A DNA stretch of 64,000 nucleotides from Chrysomallon squamiferum (lineage: Eukaryota > Animalia > Mollusca), in contig CM022670.1 in the NCBI GenBank assembly GCA_012295275.1, forward strand, positions 16,802,001 through 16,866,000, written 5' to 3'. Shown here piece after piece: positions 15,488 through 28,152 of this stretch; position 1 is the stretch's first letter; each line of letters begins with the position of its first letter. The notes beneath the pieces are model-generated. The model was not told where the DNA came from and did no database searches. It saw only the letters and a program-made list of their open reading frames with translations. A program made the translations under genes and the position numbers.

Positions 15488-17289
15488 CACACATATATAT
15501 AAACACAAATACACATACATAAACGTAGAAAAAAAAAAAAAAAGAGTGAGAGGGACGGAGATGGAGAGAGAATATGGGGCAATTTGTAAATTTAGTTAAA
15601 TATGAAATATAACAGTATACCATAAGATGAGTATCAGTGTGTTTCTTATGATGGCATATTTCAGCTTCTTCTGATTCAGATTTAACCCTGGAGTTGTTTC
15701 TCAAGATCCGGTTGATATCAGTTGTATCTGAGTGTAACATAAACAGCGAGGCAGCGACTTGTCACTCACAGCAATGTCTAATGAAGTGGATGATGGGATT
15801 TAAGTTACATTCGCCCCTGTTGTTGCCAGAAACAATCTTCTTGCGCCGACTGTTTACGCTTTCCAGTGAAAAGATTGGACCGAAAGCAGGAATCGGTAGA
15901 TTACAGGCAACGAAAAGAAGACTTTTGTTTTGACTATAACCGATCTTGGTGGATAAGAAGAAAAAGATTAAATGGAAAAGAAAATTGCATTAAAGGAAGG
16001 AAGACCACCTCACAGCCTCAGATAAACTTTGAGTACACAAAAAAGCCTTCTAACCGGAAGTGCAAGCTAACAATTGTATTTGATGCCATCCAAACACAGG
16101 CTGGTTTAAATACACTGTAACAGTAGTCAAGGTTTGAAATTGAATTATCTTTTATTTTAAATACTCGAGAAAAACGCTCTAAGGCAGTTTATCTTAGCTT
16201 TAATCAACATTTATAGGCTTGCATATATTTAACCGAGTCTGTATTTACAAAACTTTGGCTTTTTTCATCTGCAGACATAGATTATTGCTGATACGTTCGG
16301 ATTTGTTTGTTCCACTCGAGAGAAATGAACGAATGAAAGTGAAGTTAGTTTCTCAGTAACACGCTGTAATAGAACGTAAATAAAAACGAAATAAATCACA
16401 TCTGGTATGTCTGCTTCCGCCTTTGAATTTACTTTATTGAGACAAAGTGACAGAGTTGAATGTCACGGAGGAAACGTTTTGTAAGGATTAACTTTTATTT
16501 GACGTATTTTAAATTTATTAGACTGGTTGTAGGTTACAATATCAACGAATATAAATGGACTCAATATCGACTATAATTTATTCAGTTAAAAAATTGGTCT
16601 TTCGAGATTTTAGAATTCTGCACTAATTCCAATTAATTTTTCCATCAAGATTTGTATCATTGCAAAACCAATTCCAGCTTCTGTTCATTTTTGAACCAGC
16701 ACTGAAAAATTTAAGCCTGCAAATTCTACGGGAAAAAAACACAAAAATACTTACCTAAAGACCCCAATGGGGAAAAAAAAATAAAAAAATAAAATAAAAA
16801 AATAAAGAAAAGAAAAAACAAAAAAACTTAAAAACAAACAAACAAAAAATAATAAATTTACAATGGTGAAGTTCTTTTGAAGAACTATTTTTTTTTTTCA
16901 TATTTTAAAACTGAAAAGGTTAGTCCCTTTTTTCTTTTTCGTTTTTTTCCTTCTTCAGAATTTTCGGTAATTAAGGAATATGAATAACTGCGTAACTCTG
17001 TATCTCCAAACTGCGATTCCTGATTCAGTGGTCTGGATCGCATTCTGTTTCCCGGCCGACAGCATTTCCTCATAATGACGTTATCGTTGTAATTAATTAC
17101 AGTTACGATGTTTTATTTATGTTACCATAACGTATTTTAGTAACGTAATACAAACGTAATGGAACCTAATAACATAACTATGCAGATAATCAGGGTGAAT
17201 CATTATTAATAAATGATGTCTAACACATTATTCAGCTTCTGAAATGAAACAAACAAAATTTATTATTATGGTAGCAGTGGGAGTAGAAC

Positions 17290-17340
<51 letters not shown>

Positions 17341-17870
17341 GTGTTATTCAAATTTGAATCATACATTTTTTAAAGATACTTTTTATCACATTCAAATTTG
17401 GTTTGCTTTGACAATTTTTCCGTCTCAGCATCTCGTTAAAACTTAAATGTGAAAGAATCTGACAGCATCTGAAATTTACTGAACGATCACAAACCAATTC
17501 TTCGAAAAAAAGAATGAAAAAAAAAAGAAAAAAAAAAAAAAAAAGAGAGATAAGAAAAAAAAGAAAGGGAAAAAAAAAAAAAAAAAAAACTTCAAACATT
17601 ACACAACCTTTTGTTAGAAAACAAAACATAATGATAACAAAACTGTGGAATACAATCATCTGGAAACGAATTATCAGTAACTTATAGCATTCAAAATTAT
17701 ACTGATATGTGGAATTTGACTATAATTATTTAATTAGTTAATTTGGTCACGCAATAAATTTTTTTGTCTTCATGGCAGATCCTGAAACATTAAATAAAAT
17801 AGAAATATATTTGTATAATCGCAGTGTTACCATTAAAAAAAATGAAATTTTTTTTGAGACAGTAACGTCA

Positions 17871-18389
17871 GGGTACGGGAAAAAAGGCATTTGATAAAAT
17901 GGCACCTGAGAAAATAGCACTGGAAAAAAAAGGCACCTGGAAAAAATGGCACCACGCAAATTTGGAAAAAATGCCACCTGAAAAAAAAAAAGTGTTACTG
18001 CTTATTGACATTTAGTTATCGGTAGTAGGTGAAGTCCTGCTTACAAAAACGATTCATAACTGAACATAAAAAACACACACAAAAAAATCAGTGCATGAAT
18101 AATATTTGAGATAGTGATTTAATGTCAGAAGTAATAGAATCAGCAGCTAATATCAGATTTAACAATTGCTGACAGTTCAGAATTAAATGATCAGTCAAAA
18201 CAAATGTAAACCAAAAATAACCCTCACCCCAAATATATATATATATCTTATGTTATGTTTGAACTGACACAATGATATCATTCTGGAGGAAATTTTAACT
18301 ATAGTATGCGTATTAGCATTAGGTACATCTGTATGCACGTGTCTGTATGTACTCGTGCATCTATGTACGCGTGCAAGCGTGTATGAATG

Positions 18390-18438
<49 letters not shown>

Positions 18439-18747
18439 GGAGCCAGTCACAACATCCGTTGGAAACCTCATGGTAACCAAAACCAAGTGGTTCAGTGATG
18501 CTATGTATACTGTATTTTTAAATGTGATAATAATGTGATAATTGTAATATTAAACTCTGATATAAGACTGTACTTTGTTAAGCAAAACCAAGTGGCTGAA
18601 CGATGCTGTGTTTTAATATATATGAATATAGCAATACTGCATGACTAAATGGTATTTTCAAAAGTACTTTTATGTTTTTTTAAGCAGTTATTCAGAAAAA
18701 AAAAAAAAGGTTCCATTTTTTCGGTCGGTGCCATTAGTTCCTACACC
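17871..18747. mobile_element. Non-autonomous DNA transposon (MITE-like), ~880 bp, Mutator- or hAT-type
   Basis: The left end has tandem GGAAAAAATGGCAC-type subterminal repeats (17878-17985). The right end has their reverse complement (GGTTCCATTTTTT, GGTGCCATTAGTTCCTACACC). The flanks share TAACGTC (17863-17869 and 18750-18756), consistent with a degenerate 8-10 bp TSD. No transposase ORF. Confidence 0.6.
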
Positions 18748-19630
18748 TTTAACGTCGATATAATGATTTTTTTTTCATTCATCACCACCATCATCGTTGT
18801 CGTCGTCGTTGTTATCATCACTGTGTAAATGAAAAACTTTCTGTGCTTACAAATATTATATTTATATAATTATTTATTAAGTTCTCAGACCTCAGTTTTT
18901 TATTTATATTAACATTTGACAGCAGGCTGTATATTACGTTATTATTATTATGCGGATACCTTCATGTTATAATTACATTACGTTACGTTAACTTGATTTT
19001 GTATGAATTTCGTTATCACCATCAGTAATAAAAGGTAACAATGACATCAATTTTGTATTTTTTCTTTAAAGAAAGAAAGAAACAAAGAAAGAAAAGAAAA
19101 GAAGAAAAGAAGGAAAAGAAAAGAAAACGAAGAAATAAATACAATTTACAAATATATATTTTCTTAGACATATTTGAATTATTATTAAAATAACGATTTC
19201 GAACATTTTTTTAGCATATTTACGTGAATGCAGAGTTATTTCCCTTACGTTATTAAACGTTTTTATTTACACCAGCGACTTCAGATTTTTATCAAGAGCA
19301 ATCGTCTTTTCCGTGGTCACGTGACCATGTATACTTTAAAATGGGTAACTTTTGATGGAGCATAGTATTAACGATAACAGATGATGCTTTCTAATGCGTA
19401 TTATTGATTTGATTTAACTGAATGTCTTTTAAAGGCAAAAATCAAAATGTCTTTTAATAATCTTCTTCCTTCATCTGTAATATGGGTATATGTGTGCATG
19501 ATCGTTCATTAAGAATAAACTGAAATTAAAACATTTAGAAGAGTTAACTGTTTTTAAAATCTAAATGAAACGAAAATAAATAAATAAACAGAAAAGAAGA
19601 AGTAAATAAATAAATAAATAAATAAATATG

Positions 19631-19693
<63 letters not shown>

Positions 19694-21470
19694 ATGTAAT
19701 AAAATAAAATAAAATTAAATTAAATTAAAAATATAAATTAGAAATACAAGAATATATTTAATCTATTTCCTCGTACAATCAAACGTACACTTTAATAATA
19801 AATTAGAAGAATCCTGACATTTTTCACATCTACCTGAGTGACATGTAACAGGTTTAAACTCACTCTTTCATTCATTCAATCCCTTACTTCTAACTCTTTC
19901 TGTGTTTGTGCGGGTCTGTCTCTATTTCAGTACGCATTGACAACTACCTTCACGTGAAATATTAAAATGCAGCTTCAATATTTGTTCGCGGTATTCCAAG
20001 TATTTGCTGAGCTAATTTCGTGTTTTGATACTGTATTTTTGCCAAACTAGAAGTAATATTAAACGTATTTGAAATGGGCGGTACAAATTATTTCGTCATT
20101 CTGTTATCTAAATGTATAAACTCGTTTTATTTGTAAAGACTGCACCCTCCTGAAGTTTCAAAGAAAGAAAACATGACATTTTTTTTGTTGGAACATCTCT
20201 GGCGACGAAGGCCACGTTGTAACTGAATACGACAACCGCACACGGCTTTGAACGTCTACGTTCGTTCCAAGGCATCGCGGGGAAAATGAGAAACCCCTAG
20301 ACCAGAACAGCATTTAAAGACTTCAAAAGTTGCATTCAATTTATTTATGTTTACAAATCCATAGAAAATGCCTTTGGCTTGTAATTTTAGCCCAAGGGGT
20401 ACAATACAACATATATTTGTAATCTTTGGCGGTTAACAATCATTTCATAATGCATTCCATCATTTATACACTGTGTGCTTTTTTCTTTATTTCTTTTTTC
20501 TTTTCTATTTCTTTTTTTTTTTTTTTTTTTCCCATGACATTTTAAGCGTTGTAGGACAATACATTAATAATATCTTTTCTTCTTCTACTTTTCTAAATTT
20601 TCTTTTTTTTTTTTTTTTAACACAGATTAGTTGAGTAAGGTGCGGACAAGATACTGATTATGCATGTCTGGTTGGTTGTTAGTATGGCAAGTATCACATG
20701 ACGTTTAAGTTAATTGTAGATAAAAATCTGGAAGAGTAAATTTACTGTGAAAACTGACAAACACGAGCTGCATGTCAGCTCACGGAGTCAGACGAGCTCA
20801 GATTAACCAAAGACAAAACACAAAAGGATAAAAAGGATTGGGGGAAAACAGGGGGAAAAAAAAAAGAAGAAAAATAAAAATAAAAATTTCAAAATTGGAA
20901 ATTCAACAGTAGAAGCCTCGGTGCCTTTTTTTTTTATTATTATTTTTAATTTTTAATTCTTAATAATTTTTAATTTTATTTTTTTTAATTATTTTTTTTT
21001 AAATGTTTATTGTGAGTTTTAAAGTAGTGGGATTGTTATTATTATTATTATTATTATTGTTAATATTTCCTTTTAATTCTTTTCTTTTATGGTTTTCACT
21101 GTTCAAAGTAACATAGCTTAATAAAGTGGAGATAACTCTATCTCCTCTCTACCACTAAAAGTACACAACACTACAATGACTTCGGCGGTTTCGATGAACT
21201 CGAACCATTAAATCTTTACATTATCAGTAAATCAGTAAAAGACAGACTCGAACCAGAACTGAAACTGAAATATAAATACAATATCACTGATAACTTAGAC
21301 AATGAGTTCAAATTAAAAATAGGATGTGTGACGTTTTCAGGTGATTATCTCCTGCCCTGTTCCTTTGTGAAGTACGTACAGTATAATTTTGTTTTGTTTT
21401 TCTTTTCTTTTTGTTTTTTTAGTAATTTTATTATTATTATTATGTGTGTATATACATACATACATAGGAA

Positions 21471-21529
<59 letters not shown>

Positions 21530-21838
21530 TATACACATATCCATATATACACATACACACATAAACACATATTGACAAACATGCACACATACACACAGAT
21601 ACACAAACATACATAAAAACGCGTACTCATATACATACACATATAAATGTATATACAAAAATTCACTCATACTTGTAAACGTACACACACATTACAAACA
21701 AACATACATACAAATATTCACATACATAAACTTGTACACATACGCACGCTATTTCATATTTCTGCTGTAATAAATTCTTAGTCTTCAACGATAGCTCGCC
21801 TGCTTTCAATCATAAACAACAAAGCGATTATGTAAGTA

Positions 21839-21840
<2 letters not shown>

Positions 21841-21906
<66 letters not shown>
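21841..21906. repeat. (CT)n microsatellite
   Basis: Perfect TC run. Confidence 0.97.
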
Positions 21907-21908
<2 letters not shown>

Positions 21909-22524
21909 GAGACACTTAAAATTAAGAAAGCACGATAAATAAACCTCAGTAGGCTACAAAAGAAGATAAAGAAGCTAATTCTGATGTCGCTGTTGACGTT
22001 TATCAGATTTGATACGTGGAGGTCAAACTGCTTGTCCCTTGAGCTCAGCACTCGCTCGTCACAGTGTGTTTAAAATGAAGCACGCAAATTATAAACGTTG
22101 TCACATCGTTTTATATTTTTTGTCAACCATTCTTCTTTACACCTCTTATATTCATTTCAAAATCCAGCAGAGATTATAGATTAGATACACTGTTTTCCAG
22201 GACAGGTTTTCTAAGGCCTGGGGCTATTTCGGAGGTTCCTCATACAGGAGTGTGACAAATACGTTGCTAAGTGTTTGATTAAATGTGTGAACAACGCGTG
22301 TTTTGTCGCTGTCACGTCACGGCGAAAGGACACCAAAATACAAATAATAACAACATCAACAACAACAACAATAAATAAGAGACATCTCTTTTTTTCTTAA
22401 ATCCGCGTGTATTATTAAATGAGTTTTCAGTTTAGCTTTAACAATGATGAAATGAGAATTTCTTACAGGTTTTTTAACATTGTCTTTATTTTTACTTATT
22501 TATTTATTTTACTATAATAATAAT

Positions 22525-22573
<49 letters not shown>

Positions 22574-22646
22574 ATAATAATAATTATTATTATTATTTAT
22601 TTATTTATTATTTTTATTATTATTATTATTATTATATTATTATATT

Positions 22647-22677
<31 letters not shown>

Positions 22678-23034
22678 ATTTTCTGTTATGAATGATCATT
22701 ATGTTAGTTAATAGTCAGTGTTATGTTTTTGACAGAAGTAAGGTCAAAGAAAATATTAGATATATTTTTTTTTTTTTTACAAATAGATAAATTCAGAACC
22801 GTATTTCACTGCGATTTTAATTACAATAAATATCAGATCTCGACATGCCTCCTGACACAGTCAGAACTCCTCGAAAATAGTTATCAGTGTCAAGTGTGTA
22901 AGTTATCCAACCAGACATTGCTCTCACGTTTTATTACCTTTCTAATTAATTCACACACAAAAAAATTAAAATTAAAAATAAAAGAGAGAGAGAGAAGAAG
23001 AAGAGAGATTAATAATTATTTATTTGTTCATCAG

Positions 23035-23065
<31 letters not shown>

Positions 23066-23321
23066 TAAGAAAGAAAAAAAAAAAAAAAAAAGAGAGAGAA
23101 GAAGAAGAAGAAAATATACATTAATAATTTTTTATTTGTTCATCAGAAAAGAAAAAAAAAAAAAAAAAAAAAAAAGAAAAACAAGAAAAGAAAAACGAAA
23201 AAAACGTTAATTAAAAAAGTTCAAAAAAATCAGGAACAAAGGTTTCAGTCTTCTCGAAAAAGAAAAGGCTTTGTCGTTTATTTGATAACATTAAAACTCA
23301 AAACATTCTTTTAAAATATCC

Positions 23322-23598
23322 TTAAACATTTTAATTCATAGTTGAGTTTGTTATCAACATTTTAATTCATAGATGAGTTTGTTATTAACATTTTAATTCA
23401 TAGATGAGTTTGTTATTAACACTTTAATTCATAGTTGAGTTTGTTATTAACATTTTAATTCATAGTTGAGTTTGTTATTAACATCTTAATTTACAGTTGA
23501 ATTTGTTATTAACATTTTAATTCATATTTGAGTTTGTTTTAAACATTTTAATTTATAACTGAGTTCATTAAGAACACTTTAGTTCAAAGCTGAGTTTG
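23322..23598. repeat. 31-bp tandem minisatellite (AACATTTTAATTCATAGTTGAGTTTGTTATT), ~9 copies, degenerating toward the 3' end
   Basis: Visible head-to-tail units with no spacers. Confidence 0.93.
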
Positions 23599-24239
23599 GC
23601 TGGAGCTCTCAGTGTGTTCTCAGTTTATGAATGGACATGACCGATAACTCTAAATAAACACGCAGCACAGACTGGTTGACAGGTGATGCTGACTATTAGG
23701 TGCTAAGTCGTTGATGACATTGATACCACCAGTCTCCGAAGGATGTCGTGTCACACAGCCACGGCGTTGTTTACGCTCTTCCTTTCATTGAGAAACCTAG
23801 CCCACACTATTTACTAGTCCAAACTAAACACCTAATTCACTATTCCAAACTATATAATTAGTTTTCTAACAAACAGTTTGAAAAATTAAGATGCTGTGTA
23901 AACTGAATGAGCAAAATTGTCTTTATGAAGTAATATTTTAAATTTATCTTTTGATTAAGTAAGAAAATACATTAAAATATCATTTTCAACGGTCAGTGTT
24001 ATTTATTATCATCATCATTATCATTATCGATATGATCCTCATCATCATCATTATTAGTATTATCATTTTCATCATTATTATTATTATTATTATTATCATT
24101 ATTATTACTATTATTTTTATTATTGTTGTTATTATTATTTAATTACTATTATTATTATTAACATTGCTATTCTTCTTCTTTTTATTATTATTATTATTGT
24201 TATTATTATTATTAATATTATTATTATTATTTATTATTA

Positions 24240-24287
<48 letters not shown>

Positions 24288-25443
24288 AGTAGTAGTAGTA
24301 GTAGTAGTAGAAGTAGTAAAATAACTATGACATTTTATGAGCAGAGAATATGACATTATGTTAGCAAATCTATGAGAGATTTGTGGTATTAACTGTCACA
24401 CACTTGTAAAAGTCTAAAACAACAAATGACTCACAGTGTTAAAACAAATAGTGACATCTTTCTCACCGACTAACTCTAAGTGCTGAAAAGGAAGAGAAAA
24501 ACTCATTCTGAAAGAGAAAAAAATATCCAGTATTTTTATACGTAATTTCAGCAGTTAGTTAACGTAAGGATAAATAATAACATACGTAAGTTTCACGATA
24601 TTACTTATATAATTTGCGTGTGTGTGTGTGTGTGTTGTGTTTAAAATCGGAATATTTGAGAGCATTCTTTCGGGTTCAGATAGATTATTTAACAAAAGCT
24701 GAGTTTAAATTTATGTAAAAGTACGTCAGAAAATCACTAATGTTTCCATTAAACAAGTTTTGATATAAGAAAAACTATGTCCACATCAGGTATTATTAGG
24801 CAACATGCAGCCCTGGTATTAATCGTTTCTCTATAATGCATGCATGACAAAATCATTCAGTGAAGCAACTAAAGAAAGCACTGTGTTCTTAGCTTTGGAC
24901 GTATTCATACAGTTTCAGCATATAGACTGTTTAGAAGTGCAAGAAAAACAATTGTATTTTTTTTTTTACCTGATAATCGATAACATTAAAATGTGTTAAA
25001 GATCGTTCGTTGTCATGCAACGATGATTATCGGTCTGTTACTAAATCTGTTAATAAAATCGACGTCTAAGAAAATATTAAACACGAATATTTTGTTTGTT
25101 TTAACATCACTTGGGGTGTAGACGAACCCGCCAGACTAAATCGAGTTAACTGATAAATTGCCTGGAGGACTGTGGAGTTTGAGCGGCTACTTTATGCTGC
25201 CTGAAATAATTCTGTCTTTGAATATCTGCAGTTTGTTTTCGTCGCAGTTGTATTTAAAGAACAAATACCTTGTTACAGGCGATCAACGTAAAAAGACGAT
25301 ACTGGTTTGATGAGGGTTTTGTTAAACTATGATGTATATAATAAGACAGGTACGTGAAAAAAAAAAAAAAAAATGTTTCTAGCAGAAAGTATGACAGTTT
25401 GAGTGTGAAATCTTTATCTCAGGCACAAACACAGTCAATGGTA

Positions 25444-25533
25444 AAAAGATAAATAACTGTCAAGTGTTTGAAAGAAGCTATCAGAAATGAATATTAACTT
25501 TTACAGGTAAAAACATTTTTCTTGCTTAATGAA
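25444..25533 (+). repeat. ~80-90-bp dispersed direct repeat, copy A (copy B at 26992-27071)
   Basis: AAAAGATAAATAAYTGTCAAGWGTTTGAAAGAAGCTWTCAGAA...TTTCTTGCTTAATGAA occurs at both sites. Confidence 0.85.
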
Positions 25534-25591
25534 TTAGACACACACACACACACACACACACACACATTGTCTCTCATACACACTCATTGTA

Positions 25592-25594
<3 letters not shown>

Positions 25595-25668
<74 letters not shown>
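25595..25668. repeat. (CT)n microsatellite
   Basis: Perfect TC run. Confidence 0.97.
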
Positions 25669-25671
<3 letters not shown>

Positions 25672-26149
25672 TGCCGAGTTCCCACCAGCTACGATGGGAA
25701 TTTGAATATATTCGGTATCAGATTTCCCGGGCGATTTATCAATTACATTACTCTTTTGTTTCATAATTTTGTGCAGGACAATTTCATTCTTTGTGCTATG
25801 AAATAGTTTTTGTTTAACAATGAAGTGAAACTTTATCATTTAAATCATTTCACACAGTTCACATTGCCGTGTAAATATTTATTATAGTTACCACTGAAAA
25901 GAACTTAAAACACAAAACATTAAAAACGATTTCTTCAAAAAGGCACGGGAGCGTGACTGCTCTGCAAACTGTATCATGCTGAAGGTTGTTTAGTAACCCG
26001 ACACCGCGCCCCCACAATGGCGACGGTTATTAACTCTTCATGGTAAGATTATTCAGAAAGCGAAGTGAGGCTCCCGTGCGGCTTGTAATTTATAAACTGA
26101 TGACAAACACGCCGCTTGGCCAATCAGCGTAACACATCAAGTGAAAAAA

Positions 26150-26180
<31 letters not shown>

Positions 26181-26991
26181 GACACGGTTTTCTTTTACAC
26201 GTGAAAATTACAGTATTACTGTCAACGGTTCAGACGAAACATGGTCACTGTCACAAAAAAACCCACCAAGCAGAGTGTTTTTGAACGCGACACACCATGG
26301 AGAAGCAATTTCCAGTAAGAAGATAATAGAAATGCGGATTTGCCCCGAGATTAGCAAATACGTCGTGAAAACCCGAACAATATGTATCTTTCAACTTGAG
26401 TAAATACGCGGAAATGTAAATGTTCTTACTTACATGTCAACAAAACATTTAACTGTTATTTAAAAATAAAAATAGAAAATAATAATAATAATAATAATAA
26501 AAAAAATAGGTATATGTTTGTTGTGTGTGTGTATGTTTGTGTGCGTGTGTGTGGCAACCGTAAATAACTTTGATAGCAAGTGTAATTTAACAAAAACATT
26601 TTATATATTTATTTATTTATTAGTATTATTATTAGTAGTATTAATAGTAATACCTTTAGCTAACACCCAATACCCGACTTTTATATATATATATATATAT
26701 TCTATTGTTGTTGTTGCTGTTTTTAGATGAAGTTGATATGTTTTACAATTTGCGTTTTCTTTTTAATTGTATTTACTATTATTTTTTGAATCTTTCAAAT
26801 TTGGAAAGTGATACTGTTGTATCATGTTTTAAGTTTTCACACTATTTTAGTCACTGTCACGCAATATGTCATCGTTTTTGATACTTGACAGAGTCACCAA
26901 AACAGACTTTGTTGCAAATAAAAATAAACCCACATTCGTCATGATCCAGATTATATCACATTACTGATGTTATGTATCATGTAACAATGCG

Positions 26992-27071
26992 AAAAGATAA
27001 ATAATTGTCAAGAGTTTGAAAGAAGCTTTCAGAATTGAATTTTAGCGTTTATATGTTTCTTGCTTAATGAA
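26992..27071 (+). repeat. ~80-90-bp dispersed direct repeat, copy B
   Basis: Similar to 25444-25533. Confidence 0.85.
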
Positions 27072-27834
27072 CTGGAAGCGAAACATTCCGCTTTTACCCC
27101 CAGGACTTACTCATATCTCGCTCTCTCTCTTTCTCTGTCTCTTTTTTGTCTATCTCCACATGTCTCTCTATATTTATATATATATATATATATATAAAGA
27201 GAGAGAGAAATAGAGAGACAAAAAGTGAGACAGACATACAGAAAGAGAAAGAAATGTGGAGATACCTATGTGTGTATGTATCTACGTAGATAGATAGATA
27301 GAGAGATAGATAAAGATATAGATATAGATATTCAGAACGTCATTATATTATTTTGAAAAAATAGTTGTTAGTTTAACCAGCACAGCTTATTAAAGAAATA
27401 TAAGATGCGCGTTACGTCAGTTAAACGGGCAGGAAATTGATACTGAAGGAACAAGAAGTCCAGCTATAAGCGAATTGCGTAATCTTAAATGTCTGTCTGG
27501 ATCAATAACTGACACGTTTTTTTCATTTGCTCTGCAGACGATGATACTAAAATAAACCCAGAAATATAAATTTTACTAAAAAGGTATTGAAAACAATCAA
27601 ATGGATTTAAGAAACTCGCTGATTTGTTTCTCATCTTTTACCTTGAAGCCGAAAGGAAAGTTTTTCAAAATGGAGGCTAATGAAATAAAAAAGGAGTGCC
27701 TTTGTCACTGATGTTTAGGGGGTAGACTTTTCTCCCCAGCAGGACGTCTTGCCTAACTCTTCCCTAATATTAGTAATGTATACAAGTAGTGGGGCATTGG
27801 CGAAGTCAATATAGTGACCAAAAGAAAATAAGTA

Positions 27835-28152
27835 AAGGGCTGATAAATGTTCTAAACCCAGTAAAATAACAAATGAGTTTAGACCATACATTGGTAGAGA
27901 GATTTTGATAAATATTCTAAATTTGAGAAATTTAGAAATATTGATAAGTGGTCTCATCTCAAAGAAACAAGAAATAAGTTTAGATCGTACAAGCTGATAA
28001 GAGTTCTAAACCCATAGAAATAAAAAAACAAGTTTATATCATACAGTAATAGACGTTGGTAAGTGGTCTATCGCCAAAGAAAGACGAAATCAGATTAGAT
28101 CATACAATGAAATCAGATTAGATCATACAATGAAATCAGATTAGATCGTATA
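27835..28152. repeat. Diverged ~50-bp tandem repeat ending in a 23-bp triplication (AAATCAGATTAGATCATACAATG)
   Basis: GCTGATAA..GTTCTAAACCCA at ~27839 and ~27993; TAAGTGGTCT...AAAGAAA...TTAGATCRTAC at ~27945 and ~28060; near-exact 23-mers at 28087-28152. Confidence 0.75.

Noticed and set aside
15600-16130. Possible retroelement or coding fragment
   Set aside because: Complex sequence, but I recognise no RT, endonuclease or transposase motif; cannot be supported without a search.
23322-23598. CRISPR-like array (31-bp repeats; also considered 49790-50525 and 33704-34223)
   Set aside because: Repeats are head-to-tail or separated by simple-repeat DNA, with no unique spacers, no cas genes and a eukaryotic context.
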